Origin: Nitrososphaerota archaeon
Lineage (GTDB): Archaea > Thermoproteota > Nitrososphaeria > Nitrososphaerales > Nitrosopumilaceae
Length of the DNA: 64,000 nt
Direction of reading: 5' to 3'
Assembly: GCA_028866655.1 (NCBI GenBank)
Contig: JAGWHQ010000004.1
Coordinates: forward strand, 7,674 to 71,673
Translations under genes and position numbers: made by a program
In this document: positions 1-9,912 of the stretch, in pieces
How the letters are laid out: every line of letters begins with the position of its first letter
Position numbering within the stretch: position 1 is the stretch's first letter
The notes under the pieces: generated by a model
What the model was told of the DNA's origin: nothing
The model's input: the letters and a program-made list of their open reading frames with translations, nothing else
Database searches by the model: none

Positions 1-663
1 AAGATTGCTTATACCAGATATAGCAACAGAACTGCCTGCAACTTTGCCTGCAAAATATCCAAGCATTCCATAAGTCAATTCATCACGCGGCTCTACCTTC
101 ATACGAATTGTAAGATTTGGCTCTCTGACATCATCGTCTCGCAAATCAGAGCACGGGCTTTTACCAGTAAGTGCACTTGCAAGAGCACTAAATGCACCCT
201 CTTTGTTTGTCTTTAATCCAGAAAAAGAGTTTGCATAAATTGCAGCATTACTTTCTGCAAAAGAAACATGAGTTCCTCGTTTTGGAATATCAAAAATTTC
301 ATACGGAATGCAAGAGTACGATGGAATTGCTCCCATTTTTTCATACGAGTCTTTGATACTGCGTTGATTTTCAATGAATTTGTCATCTAGTTTGTATCGT
401 GAAACTGAATCAAAATCAAACCCCATTGGATTTACTGTTGTTTTTACTTTGAATTTGGCATCCTTACTTAGAGATGAAAGGAATTCTTTTCCTGCATCAC
501 CTATAGTATTGTAATTTACTCCAGACAAATGTGCCCATTCGATTGGAATTAGTCTATTGGCATTTGATGCTTCGCCAATTGCTACAAGAGTTCTATATGC
601 AAGAGCAAGAGTATCTCCTTGTTTTCCGTCAAGTGCATCCTCTTCTTCTTTTGTTAATTCCAA
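1..663 (-). CDS. Aconitase X (DUF521) family; probable phosphomevalonate dehydratase large subunit (3' end runs off window)
   Basis: Not in ORF track. My translation from TTG at 663: MELTKEEEDALDGKQGDTLALAYRTLVAIGEA...AHLSGVNYNTIGDAG...HVSFAESNAAIYANSFSGLKTNKEGAFSALASALTGKSP, typical AcnX motifs. Confidence 0.85.
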   Translation of the reverse strand, partial: MELTKEEEDALDGKQGDTLALAYRTLVAIGEASNANRLIPIEWAHLSGVNYNTIGDAGKEFLSSLSKDAKFKVKTTVNPMGFDFDSVSRYKLDDKFIENQRSIKDSYEKMGAIPSYSCIPYEIFDIPKRGTHVSFAESNAAIYANSFSGLKTNKEGAFSALASALTGKSPCSDLRDDDVREPNLTIRMKVEPRDELTYGMLGYFAGKVAGSSVAISGISNL

Positions 664-716
664 TACATGACTTTGTTATAACAGATATAATACTTGTGTG
701 GTCAAAACAAGATCAA

Positions 717-1373
717 TTGGAAAAGATTGTAAGAATTTTAGATGGTATGATCTCAACAATGAATTCTGTCAAGCCGCCTCGTATGACAGCACTCAGAGAA
801 TTACGTGAGGCAGAAAATGGAAGTCCTCTGAATATTTTGATAGGAACAATACTTTCTGCTAGAACTAGAGATGAGAGCACTGCAGCTGTAGTTAAAGTAC
901 TATTCTCAAAGTACAAGACTGCTCATGCACTTGCAAGTGCCAAGTTATCAGATGTTGAAAAAATAATCAAACGAACTGGTTTCTATCATGTAAAAGCAAA
1001 AAGAATAATCGAGGTTGCATCAATCATAGATTCTAAATATTTAGGCAAGGTTCCTAAAACTATGGCAGACTTGTTAAGTCTACCAGGCGTAGGAAGAAAG
1101 ACTGCAAATTGTGTTCTAGTTTATGCTTTTGATGAGCCAGCAATACCTGTTGATATACATGTACATAGAATTTCCAACAGGCTTGGACTAGTGCAAACAA
1201 AAATTCCAGAAGAAACAGAAGTTGAATTGATGGAAAAAATTCCACGGAAACATTGGATTAGGATAAATGATACCTTTGTCATGTATGGCCAAAATATTTG
1301 CAAGCCAATTTCACCAATGTGTTCTGTCTGTAAGATAAAGAAAGACTGTAACTATTACAAGAACAAAAACTAG
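717..1373 (+). CDS. nth: Endonuclease III (HhH-GPD, 4Fe-4S)
   Basis: LPGVGRKTAN HhH, VDIHVHR, C-terminal CKPISPMCSVCKIKKDC; true start probably TTG 717 because the 531 start overlaps the AcnX gene. Confidence 0.92.
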   Translation: MEKIVRILDGMISTMNSVKPPRMTALRELREAENGSPLNILIGTILSARTRDESTAAVVKVLFSKYKTAHALASAKLSDVEKIIKRTGFYHVKAKRIIEVASIIDSKYLGKVPKTMADLLSLPGVGRKTANCVLVYAFDEPAIPVDIHVHRISNRLGLVQTKIPEETEVELMEKIPRKHWIRINDTFVMYGQNICKPISPMCSVCKIKKDCNYYKNKN

Positions 1374-2086
1374 GATGATTTATTCTCAGAGATCTTTTTT
1401 GCTTCTTCTGAACTTCTATTCTTAGTTTTTAGCAGTACAACAATCAATACCACTGTTACTGCAAGTACCATAAATGGCATATAGAATATTATATTTTGAG
1501 TTGGATCTCCAGAGACAATACTAAAGGTCAATGTTCCAGAAGTTACTGGAGGAGGATCAGAAGCAGAGTTCATTCCAGAAACAGTAAATTCTCTCATTGT
1601 AAAACCAGCGATATCCAAGTTAGAAACTGCCTCTTTTTGTCCAACACTGACAGTAAGACCACCACTACTTGAGTGAGTTGCAGTGATAAGCATGCTAGGA
1701 CCCCAACCAAGCTGTTTTTCATCATGAATCATAAAGTATCCATCTTCAGGAGTATTTACTGCCACCCAGAATCGATAGTCGGGTTGACCTCCCATTCCAA
1801 TTTCTATAAACTTGGGTGTGTGAATATCTTCATACAATCTTACCACTACGTTACCTTCCTGATCTGTATACTGGAGTTTGTTTTGCATTTCAATTTCCCA
1901 ATTGGTCACATGCTCGTGATCAAGTTTGAAAAGTGTGGCATTTTTGGCATATACATTAAACGCACTATATGGAACATCAACAGAATCATAACGCTCAGAT
2001 TTGTTCATTGTTGCTTCTTGGGCGTAAACAGGCAAAATGGAACCTGTTAACAAAAGTACAACGAGCAAGACACGCATAATCTGCAA
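1370..2086 (-). CDS. Hypothetical exported protein with C-terminal membrane anchor
   Basis: Signal-peptide-like N terminus and C-terminal hydrophobic helix followed by a basic tail. Confidence 0.7.
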   Translation of the reverse strand: MQIMRVLLVVLLLTGSILPVYAQEATMNKSERYDSVDVPYSAFNVYAKNATLFKLDHEHVTNWEIEMQNKLQYTDQEGNVVVRLYEDIHTPKFIEIGMGGQPDYRFWVAVNTPEDGYFMIHDEKQLGWGPSMLITATHSSSGGLTVSVGQKEAVSNLDIAGFTMREFTVSGMNSASDPPPVTSGTLTFSIVSGDPTQNIIFYMPFMVLAVTVVLIVVLLKTKNRSSEEAKKISENKSS

Positions 2087-2107
2087 TTATATCATTTCAA
2101 TAAAAAT

Positions 2108-3256
2108 CTAATCAACAAAAGGATTATCTAATTTCGTTAGTACTTGGAATACCTCTGGCCTCATCATATACTCAGATGGACTCTGTTTATCAAGAATCAT
2201 TGCTCTAAGTTTAGTTCCACTCAGGCTTTCTTGATATTCTGTACCATGTGGACAATTTCTTTCACTTGCAAATGACAAACATTTCCTACAATAGAAAAAT
2301 GCTGGAAAGAAAATTGGTTCTATGCCAATGTCAGGATACAAATCAAATATTTTTTGCGAAGCAAATGGATCATAATATGTACCTACACCTGCATGATCCC
2401 GCCCTATTATGATATTAGTACAGCCAAAGTTTTTTCGCATTATGGAATGGTGTATTGCCTCCTTTGGTCCCGCATACCTCATTTCCGTATGCAATGTACC
2501 AAGATAGCACCTGTTTAGAGGATAATAATACGATATGAGAGTTTCATAAGCAGTAACAATTGCTTCATCTTTGTAATCTCCAGATTTTTTCTTTCCTACA
2601 AGAGGATTAACAAATAATCCATCATGAGTGTTAAGGGATGCTTTTTGAAGCATTTCATGTGCTACGTGTGGAACATTTCTTGTTTGAAATGCTACAATTG
2701 TTTTCCATCCAGCCTTTTGAAAAAACTCTCTTGTTTCAATTGGAGTCTTTCTGTATCTTCTAATTTGAGTCTCATCTGCTCTTTTTACATAATCAATTTT
2801 TCCACCGACAAGAAATTCTTTCATATTCATGGTTTTTGCCACACCAGGATGTTTTGGATCAGATGTGCCATAGATTTTGTTTGAAACTATACTTTTATCA
2901 AAATCATAAACATCTTCCACATGCAAGATGGCAAAATTTTTACCATTCACATTTAGAGCAACATCTTTTGCATCTTTCATTTTTGTGGCAGTATCCTTGT
3001 CTACATCAAGTATGATTGGAATTGTCCATGGTAAATCGTTTGCAAGTCTACCGTGAGAAACTACTTTCTCAAAATCTTCTTGCGTTAAAAATCCTTCAAG
3101 TGGACTAAAGATTCCATCAGCAATATTTTCTATATCATTTGCAAGATCAGCATTAACAGCAATTGAAAACAACTGGCTTGGATCTTCTTTTGTAATCCTG
3201 TTTACTAGTTTTCCACCATGTGGTTTTGCTACACCAATATTTGTCATGTATATCAC
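2108..3256 (-). CDS. sat: Sulfate adenylyltransferase (ATP sulfurylase)
   Basis: [24 protein letters not shown] motifs. Confidence 0.95.
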   Translation of the reverse strand: MIYMTNIGVAKPHGGKLVNRITKEDPSQLFSIAVNADLANDIENIADGIFSPLEGFLTQEDFEKVVSHGRLANDLPWTIPIILDVDKDTATKMKDAKDVALNVNGKNFAILHVEDVYDFDKSIVSNKIYGTSDPKHPGVAKTMNMKEFLVGGKIDYVKRADETQIRRYRKTPIETREFFQKAGWKTIVAFQTRNVPHVAHEMLQKASLNTHDGLFVNPLVGKKKSGDYKDEAIVTAYETLISYYYPLNRCYLGTLHTEMRYAGPKEAIHHSIMRKNFGCTNIIIGRDHAGVGTYYDPFASQKIFDLYPDIGIEPIFFPAFFYCRKCLSFASERNCPHGTEYQESLSGTKLRAMILDKQSPSEYMMRPEVFQVLTKLDNPFVD

Positions 3257-3972
3257 TTGTTATGGTCTGCATGCAACCCACATTCTTTCTGGGAATCAGA
3301 TTCCCACCACCAACGTCCAGCTCGTAATGGTTCGCCAGATTTGATTGCACGCGTACATGGTTCACATCCAATACTAGGAAATCCTTTGTCATGTAATTTG
3401 TTATATGGAATATTGTTTTTCTTGATATAATCCCAAGTTTGCTCCCAAGTCCATTCTATTATAGGATTTATCTTGAGGATGGAATTATGTTGTTCATCTA
3501 GTTCAAGTTTATTTGCATTTGATCGTACCTCAGTTTGATCTGCCCTCAATCCTGTAATCCATCCATCTAATGTTGAAAGAATTCTATTTAGTGGATGAAC
3601 TTTTCTGATACCACAGCAAAGTTTTCTGTTGCCTACGCTATCATAAAATAGATTTAATCCATTTACACGAACCATTTGTTCGACCTCGTTCTGGTCTGGA
3701 AACATTACTTCTATATTCACATTGTATTTCTTGCGAATTTCGTCCATTACATCATATGTTTCTTGATTAAGCCTTCCAGTGTCAAGAGTAAAAATTCTTG
3801 ATTTTGGGTTTATTTTCATCATCATATCAATTACAACTACATCCTCTGCACCAAAGCTTGATGCCAAGGCTAGTCTAGGGTGAAGATTATCTAATGACCA
3901 TTTCAAAACTTCTTGAGGAGTTTGCAGACTTTCATTTAACTGCTGGATTTGTGCAGCAGTAAACTTGGGCAT
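3253..3972 (-). CDS. cysH: APS/PAPS reductase (FeS-type CC...CxxC)
   Basis: [32 protein letters not shown]-terminal ECGLH; overlaps sat start by 4 nt. Confidence 0.93.
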   Translation of the reverse strand: MPKFTAAQIQQLNESLQTPQEVLKWSLDNLHPRLALASSFGAEDVVVIDMMMKINPKSRIFTLDTGRLNQETYDVMDEIRKKYNVNIEVMFPDQNEVEQMVRVNGLNLFYDSVGNRKLCCGIRKVHPLNRILSTLDGWITGLRADQTEVRSNANKLELDEQHNSILKINPIIEWTWEQTWDYIKKNNIPYNKLHDKGFPSIGCEPCTRAIKSGEPLRAGRWWWESDSQKECGLHADHNK

Positions 3973-4058
3973 GATAAAATTTGCTATTATTCGTCATATA
4001 ATTATTTAGGTAAAACATTCATTCTAGAGTTATAAATAACATAAACGATGAAAACATA

Positions 4059-5183
4059 ATGTTAGAAAAAACTGTGCTTGTCATTTTTCCATCTATCTAT
4101 ACCTTGAATAAAATAAACAATCTTGCAACAAATGTCTCAAAAATTCTCAAGATGAAAAATCAACGTCATGATGGTGTAAGAAAAAATGAATCACTTGTCA
4201 TTGTAGAAGCAGTTGATCCAGTTCTAGCTTCATCTGCAGTAAATCTCTTATTTGGAATAGATAGAATTGCAATTGCAAAAGAGGTAGACAATAACTTTGA
4301 TTCTGTCTTGTCAGCCATTACAAATACTGCTTTGAGTTTGCTCTTAAAAGGCGAAAAATTTTATATCAAAGTTGAAGGAAAGACAAAAAAATTCCTAGCA
4401 AAAGATTTGGAAATTGCGGCAACCGGGATGCTGGTGGAGAAGAGTATGCATCTTGAGGTAAAACCTGGTTCAGAATCAAACCATGATAGACTCGTATATG
4501 TTTACATCACAGATGCGCATGCCTATGTTTGTATTTTTGTGGACAAGGGATTAAGCGGCATTCCATATAACTCACAAAAAGAAAAAATCCTATGTTGTAT
4601 CCATGATGAGCTTTCTGCGATAGCATGTCTTCAAACCATAAAGATGGGTTTTGAGGTAAAGATATTGATTTGTTATCATAATGAATCAGATTTGCTCAAA
4701 TTAGCGAAGATCATAAACAAAATACTACCAAGAATTATTGAAGAAAATGTTACTCTTCACATCTGTAAGATGAGTGGATCTACAGTAACACCAACTGCAA
4801 TTGCCACAATAACCCAAGTGATGATAGCAATAGCATCAAAGGAAAAGATTGGGAGAATCTCTTTGGGTATATCTCCAATGATCTTTCCAGCATCATTTTG
4901 TGAATACAATGCAAACTTGGTATTTCAGAACAAGATGATTCCATGGTTTTCTCTTTCTGGCATAGATTCTGGAATTTTTGAAAATGCAAAGGAGATTGGA
5001 TTAGAAAAATATATTACAAATTTGGAAAATCTTTGCAAGAAACATCCCAACTACGAGAAAATTTCCATGTCTGAGATATCAAGACATGCAACTAGTACAC
5101 TAAAAACTCTCAAATGCATTCAAGTTATTGCGGGTCCAAAAAATATACATGATATAATTGACTCATTAAAATCAAATCATTGA
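4059..5183 (+). CDS. ThiI-like THUMP-domain protein with degenerate PP-loop
   Basis: ThiI architecture (N-terminal domain, THUMP, 'KGLSGIP' linker) but SGGxDS position reads HDELS. Confidence 0.7.
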   Translation: MLEKTVLVIFPSIYTLNKINNLATNVSKILKMKNQRHDGVRKNESLVIVEAVDPVLASSAVNLLFGIDRIAIAKEVDNNFDSVLSAITNTALSLLLKGEKFYIKVEGKTKKFLAKDLEIAATGMLVEKSMHLEVKPGSESNHDRLVYVYITDAHAYVCIFVDKGLSGIPYNSQKEKILCCIHDELSAIACLQTIKMGFEVKILICYHNESDLLKLAKIINKILPRIIEENVTLHICKMSGSTVTPTAIATITQVMIAIASKEKIGRISLGISPMIFPASFCEYNANLVFQNKMIPWFSLSGIDSGIFENAKEIGLEKYITNLENLCKKHPNYEKISMSEISRHATSTLKTLKCIQVIAGPKNIHDIIDSLKSNH

Positions 5184-5214
5184 GAATTTAAACGGGTCAA
5201 ATTTACTTGCTGTT

Positions 5215-6447
5215 ATGAAGAAGATTGGAGGATTCATCTATCCTTGGGGAAATGGTCATTTTACAAGAATGATGCATCTTGATAATACAATTCAAGACAT
5301 GCTGAAAGATGACATTGAGATGCATTACACAAGTAGTGGTGAGATTTATCAAAAACTATTACAAAAATTTCCCCAGAAAAAAGATGCAATCCACAATATT
5401 GAGATGCCAACACCAATAGATGGTAAAAAGGGTCCCAGCATTGTTTTATCTTCACTTAATTTCCTTTTACCAATATCTGGAAGACCCCCTTTACTTTCAG
5501 TTGTAACCAACTATTTGAAAAAGGAAGCAAGACTTTACAATAGTCAAAAATTTGACCTTGTCGTAAATGATGGTGATGTAGGATCAAACGCAATTGCTCA
5601 ACGAAGAAACATCAAGTGTGTTTTTATTACAAACCAGTTTAGGCCAAAGCTCTGGACCTCTAGATTTTATCTTTATCCCGGAGTACTATATGTATCAAAA
5701 AATATTGAAAAAGCAACAAAGATAGTAGTTGCAGATTCTCCTCCACCTTATACCATATGCGAGTATAATCTCAATTTTCCTGAAAGATTAAAGGAAAAAG
5801 TCGTGTATGCAGGTCATTTTTCAAATGGCATCATGATACATTCCAAGCCGAAATCTAATTTAGAGAAGATAATTGAAAATGTAGATAGTTTTGGATATTG
5901 GATGATAACAGGAAACAAGTCTACAAAGAAAATAACTCTAGAAAATTACAAAAAAGCTTTTTCCAGTTTGGAGATGAGAGAAGAGAGAAGAATAATTTCA
6001 CATGCAAGTGCCGATCCATCTCTGGATAAAGTTTGGGGAAAGGACGGAAAAACATATTCTATTTTAGAAGCATTAGAAAAAAAGATAGATTGGATTCAGA
6101 TAGACATAGGATTTTTGTCAGAACAGGAAAAAGACACTGTTCTTAATTTGTGTAAATATGCAGTGATAAATGGCTCACATACAGCAATGGGAGAGATATT
6201 AGGAGGAAAAGCAAAACCAATCATAGGAATACCAGTCTATGACGAGCACACTAATCAAATAAAGTGGGCACAAGATAGGAATCTGGGAATTCTGGCTACA
6301 ACCGTTAAACAGACTGTCAAAGCAGTTTCTCTAATACACAATGATTACAACAAGTACCAAGAAAATCTTTTGGAATTTTCAAGAAATTATAGTACAGGCG
6401 GTACAAAGAATACAGTAAAAATAATCTCCGAGATGTTAGAAAACTAG
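5215..6447 (+). CDS. GT-B glycosyltransferase (GT28/MurG-like)
   Basis: N-terminal GNGHFTR, C-terminal INGSHTAMGE...PVYDEH donor-binding pattern. Confidence 0.75.
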   Translation: MKKIGGFIYPWGNGHFTRMMHLDNTIQDMLKDDIEMHYTSSGEIYQKLLQKFPQKKDAIHNIEMPTPIDGKKGPSIVLSSLNFLLPISGRPPLLSVVTNYLKKEARLYNSQKFDLVVNDGDVGSNAIAQRRNIKCVFITNQFRPKLWTSRFYLYPGVLYVSKNIEKATKIVVADSPPPYTICEYNLNFPERLKEKVVYAGHFSNGIMIHSKPKSNLEKIIENVDSFGYWMITGNKSTKKITLENYKKAFSSLEMREERRIISHASADPSLDKVWGKDGKTYSILEALEKKIDWIQIDIGFLSEQEKDTVLNLCKYAVINGSHTAMGEILGGKAKPIIGIPVYDEHTNQIKWAQDRNLGILATTVKQTVKAVSLIHNDYNKYQENLLEFSRNYSTGGTKNTVKIISEMLEN

Positions 6448-6480
6448 AAAGAATTATAATTTTTTAATTTTTAATACATA

Positions 6481-6556
6481 GTTCTGGTACGCGGCATTTT
6501 AGATGGGCGAACTGACCTTTTAGGGATGAAGACATAGACCGCGTACCAGAAACTGA
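6481..6556 (+). ncRNA. Candidate structured RNA: 13-bp stem with apical C'/D'-type K-loop (H/ACA-like)
   Basis: Perfect inverted repeat TTCTGGTACGCGG (6482-6494)/CCGCGTACCAGAA (6539-6551); CTGA 6512-6515 and GGGATGA 6523-6529; TTATAATT at 6455-6462. Confidence 0.45.
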
Positions 6557-6594
6557 CCAAAAGCTTTTATGGATAACTTTGATGATCGCCGTCG

Positions 6595-6816
6595 TTGACT
6601 GAATGTCCCGAATGTGCAGCCAAAGAAGTGGTGGTAGAAATGAAATTTGATGCCAACACTAAACACTTCATTTGCAAAAAATGTGGTTTGTTTGCTACTA
6701 GGGAACAAGTAAGTGATATCAGATATAGATTGAACAAGCGAGAGAAAACACGTGAAGACAAGCATGATGAATATCGTGATTGGTGGACAACAAGTAAGAA
6801 AGACAAACAGGGCTAA
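6595..6816 (+). CDS. Small zinc-ribbon protein
   Basis: CPEC...CKKC, 73 aa, TTG start. Confidence 0.75.
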   Translation: MTECPECAAKEVVVEMKFDANTKHFICKKCGLFATREQVSDIRYRLNKREKTREDKHDEYRDWWTTSKKDKQG

Positions 6817-6831
6817 TTACAGTGAGTCATA

Positions 6832-7233
6832 ATGGGAAAAGAAAAAGAAATTCCAAAATGGGTACAAGATGAGATAAAGGATGCCAAATTTGGCAAGCCA
6901 GAGTCTTTTACAAGAACTGGATACATACTTGAGATTTATGAAAAAGATATGAAGATTGATTCTCAACTTTATGAGGCCATAGAAGATGGAAGAAAGATAG
7001 TAGAAGGAATGAATTTGCCAAAGAAGACCAAACCTGCAGATCTTATGAAGGGAGTTGTCTATGAATTTACAATAAATTCATCAAAGGCGCCGTTAAGCAA
7101 AAAAGTTATCGAGTTTCTGAAAAAAGAAATGGAAATTGACATGGATGCAATTTATCAGTTTGAATTAACAAAACTTGAACTAATGGATGTAGACTCGGAT
7201 TCTTCAGGAGAAGAAGAATCCGAAGAAGAATAG
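6832..7233 (+). CDS. Conserved hypothetical protein with acidic tail
   Basis: Clean 133-aa ORF co-oriented with the zinc-ribbon gene. Confidence 0.65.
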   Translation: MGKEKEIPKWVQDEIKDAKFGKPESFTRTGYILEIYEKDMKIDSQLYEAIEDGRKIVEGMNLPKKTKPADLMKGVVYEFTINSSKAPLSKKVIEFLKKEMEIDMDAIYQFELTKLELMDVDSDSSGEEESEEE

Positions 7234-7244
7234 ATTATTCTTTT

Positions 7245-8042
7245 TCAATCTAATTTAGCTTTCATTGATTTTCTGAAAATTCCGCCCACTATGGGATTTA
7301 TCAGATATGGAAAAGTTTGCTTTAGCCATATTGCTAATCGCACTACCTGGGGAACAACAATCTCAAGTCTGGGTGATGCCGCAGCTTTTACTACAGCATT
7401 TGCTACTGTCTTAGAATCAAGTGACGTGGTTGAATATCTAGGCATCTTGCCAAAAGATTCGTGATCAAAGAAATTAGTTCTCACCATTATTGGACTGACT
7501 ACAGTTATTCCTACTCCAGTTCCTTTTAGTTCATGAAATAATGATTCAGAAAATCCTAACATAGCAAATTTTGATGCGCAGTATGACGCCATTCCTGGAA
7601 TTCCAATACTTCCTGCGACAGATGCAACATTAACAATATGCCCAGATCTCTGTTCTAGCATTTTTTGTAAAAATGTTTTTGTGCAATACATCATTCCAAG
7701 AAAATTTGTGGCCATTTGTGATTCCATTTCATCGATTTTTGTTTTTTCTACAGTATTGTATATCCCAAAACCAGCATTATTTACTAGTACATCGATTTTA
7801 CCAAATTTTTCAATTATAGTTTTTCCCATTTTATCGACTTGATCTTTGTTAGAAATATCACATGCATAAGCAAAAGCCTCAATTTGGTATTTTGATAATC
7901 TGGTAGCAATTTCCTGTAATCGTTTTTCATTTCTGGATACAAGTATCACATTAGCATGTAGTTTTGCAAATTTCTCAGCTGACTGTTCTCCTATTCCACT
8001 TGATGCGCCTGTAATAACAACTACTTTGCCAGAATAATCCAA
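7245..8042 (-). CDS. Short-chain dehydrogenase/reductase
   Basis: TGASSGIG, NNAGFG, YCASK. Confidence 0.92.
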   Translation of the reverse strand: MDYSGKVVVITGASSGIGEQSAEKFAKLHANVILVSRNEKRLQEIATRLSKYQIEAFAYACDISNKDQVDKMGKTIIEKFGKIDVLVNNAGFGIYNTVEKTKIDEMESQMATNFLGMMYCTKTFLQKMLEQRSGHIVNVASVAGSIGIPGMASYCASKFAMLGFSESLFHELKGTGVGITVVSPIMVRTNFFDHESFGKMPRYSTTSLDSKTVANAVVKAAASPRLEIVVPQVVRLAIWLKQTFPYLINPIVGGIFRKSMKAKLD

Positions 8043-8078
8043 TAATTAAAAATTAAAAGCTTGAAAATAAAGTGCTTT

Positions 8079-9095
8079 CTATACAGTTTTTGCTTTCTTT
8101 ATGCTTGGGTAAACCACTTTCATAAGAAAGAGCCAGCTTATTACAAGACCAACATGATAGGTAGCTATTCTCCACCCAATCACAATATTCCATTGAAGAC
8201 TGTTCTTAGCAGCCTCAAATGTCAAGCTATTCAAGTGTCCCAAATATGCCCAGATTGAAAATTCAGTCAGACCAGAACCACCAATAGTGATTGGCAAGTT
8301 ACCTACTGCAATAGATGCCATAGTAGCCATTAAAGAATGGAAAAAGTCTATCATGTATCCTGCACCATTTGCAATTATCATAAAAGAAAGACCATAGAGT
8401 GACCATGTAAATACAGAAATTATTATTGAAACTATGAATGCTTTTTTGATCTCTTTTGTGTGTAGAGTCTCCCTACTCATATCACAAATCTCTTTCATCC
8501 ACAGATTGGTTTTGTCAACATACTTTACTGAACGCTCTTTTCCTATTTTTGTAGCAAGTCTAGAAGCCCAGCCAGGTATCTGAAATGTTCTTTTTGACGA
8601 CAAAAAGAATAGAGTAGACCAAAGTCCTGTTATAGGTATACTAATTGCAAGTATTGTTATACCAATAGCATAAGCGCCATATGCAAATGAAAATGCTGCA
8701 GCAATAATTGCAAATGCCCCTGAAACCAATACTTCAGTTACAATTTCTATTATTGTTACCCAAGATGCCTTTCCAATTGGAATGCCTTTTTTGCCCAACC
8801 ACATTATTCGAACCAATTCACCGCCTACAAAAGAGGGAGTAGTAGATGTTACAAATTCACTACCTACTCTTACAGAAATTGTTCTCCAGTTTACGTCCAC
8901 AGGACCCAAGAATTTCTTTACAAGATAATTGAATTTTAGCCCTTGAGTGAATAGTTTACCTGCCATAGCAATTGAGGCACCTAGGAAAGGTAGAAAGCCA
9001 ATTGCAAGGAGATTTTCAAAACTTACATTAAATGTAGTTGCAATGATTAAGAATGGGATTATACTAACAGGAATGGCAAGAAGCTTCCAATTCAT
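8079..9095 (-). CDS. Lysylphosphatidylglycerol synthase TM / UPF0104 (flippase-like) membrane protein
   Basis: TPSFVGGE, LPITIGGSGLTE, WRIATY motifs; multi-TM. Confidence 0.8.
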   Translation of the reverse strand: MNWKLLAIPVSIIPFLIIATTFNVSFENLLAIGFLPFLGASIAMAGKLFTQGLKFNYLVKKFLGPVDVNWRTISVRVGSEFVTSTTPSFVGGELVRIMWLGKKGIPIGKASWVTIIEIVTEVLVSGAFAIIAAAFSFAYGAYAIGITILAISIPITGLWSTLFFLSSKRTFQIPGWASRLATKIGKERSVKYVDKTNLWMKEICDMSRETLHTKEIKKAFIVSIIISVFTWSLYGLSFMIIANGAGYMIDFFHSLMATMASIAVGNLPITIGGSGLTEFSIWAYLGHLNSLTFEAAKNSLQWNIVIGWRIATYHVGLVISWLFLMKVVYPSIKKAKTV

Positions 9096-9153
9096 TGCCT
9101 GCCCTACTCATGGATGGAAATATAAGCTCAACATAAAATAAATTATCAGAAAA

Positions 9154-9912
9154 ATGAAGGCAATTTTCATAGTAGGAACTGCAGGTGCGGGAAAATCTTT
9201 GTTAGCTTCTAAAATTCTTGATTATTATTCTAGAAATGGCGCTTTTGTTGGAATGTTAAATCTAGATCCAGGTGTTGAGAATTTACCATACACATGTGAC
9301 ATTGATGTTAGAGATTATATCGACATTGTACAGATCATGAAACAATATGATCTTGGCCCAAATGGAGCCATGATCATGGCAAATGATCTTATCGCGTCAA
9401 AAATAGATGATCTGCAAAATGAAGTAGATAATGTAAATCCAGATTATCTCATAATAGATACACCTGGTCAAATTGAGCTGTTTGCTTATAGAGCCAGTGG
9501 ACCATTTCTGATAAAAAACCTGAATGCAGAAGAAAAAGCATCAATATTTCTTCACGATGGATCGCTTATGACATCTCCAAGTAATTTTGTTTCAATTGCA
9601 TTACTTGCTACTTCAGTAAAATTACGACTTGGTTTATCACAGATAAATGTTCTAACAAAAATAGATCTTATTGAAGATAAGATTAAAGACATACTAAAAT
9701 GGTCAACAAATATGGCAAGTCTAGAAGATGCACTTGCAAAAGATTCTGATGGTGAAAATTATACTCTTGCAATTAATATTCTCAGAAGCTTGAATTTGGG
9801 AGGATTTGCTCAAGGAACAATTCCAATTTCTAATGCTACAGGAGATGGAATGGTGAACCTCCAAGCTGCACTAAGTCGCGTATTAAATTTGGGTGAAGAG
9901 GTGGAGGATTAA
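9154..9912 (+). CDS. GPN-loop GTPase
   Basis: GTAGAGKS, NLDPG, LGPNG, DTPGQIE. Confidence 0.92.
   Translation: MKAIFIVGTAGAGKSLLASKILDYYSRNGAFVGMLNLDPGVENLPYTCDIDVRDYIDIVQIMKQYDLGPNGAMIMANDLIASKIDDLQNEVDNVNPDYLIIDTPGQIELFAYRASGPFLIKNLNAEEKASIFLHDGSLMTSPSNFVSIALLATSVKLRLGLSQINVLTKIDLIEDKIKDILKWSTNMASLEDALAKDSDGENYTLAINILRSLNLGGFAQGTIPISNATGDGMVNLQAALSRVLNLGEEVED

Noticed and set aside
531-716. N-terminal 62-aa extension of the nth ORF
   Set aside because: Overlaps the AcnX gene on the opposite strand; EndoIII-like sequence begins near TTG 717.
6499-6556. Reading the 6.5-kb element as a C/D guide for 23S rRNA (segments complementary to GUUCGCCCAU- and UGGUACGCG-like sequences)
   Set aside because: No box C at the expected position, C'-to-D spacing too long, the second segment is sequestered in the stem, and this organism's rRNA is not available to verify.
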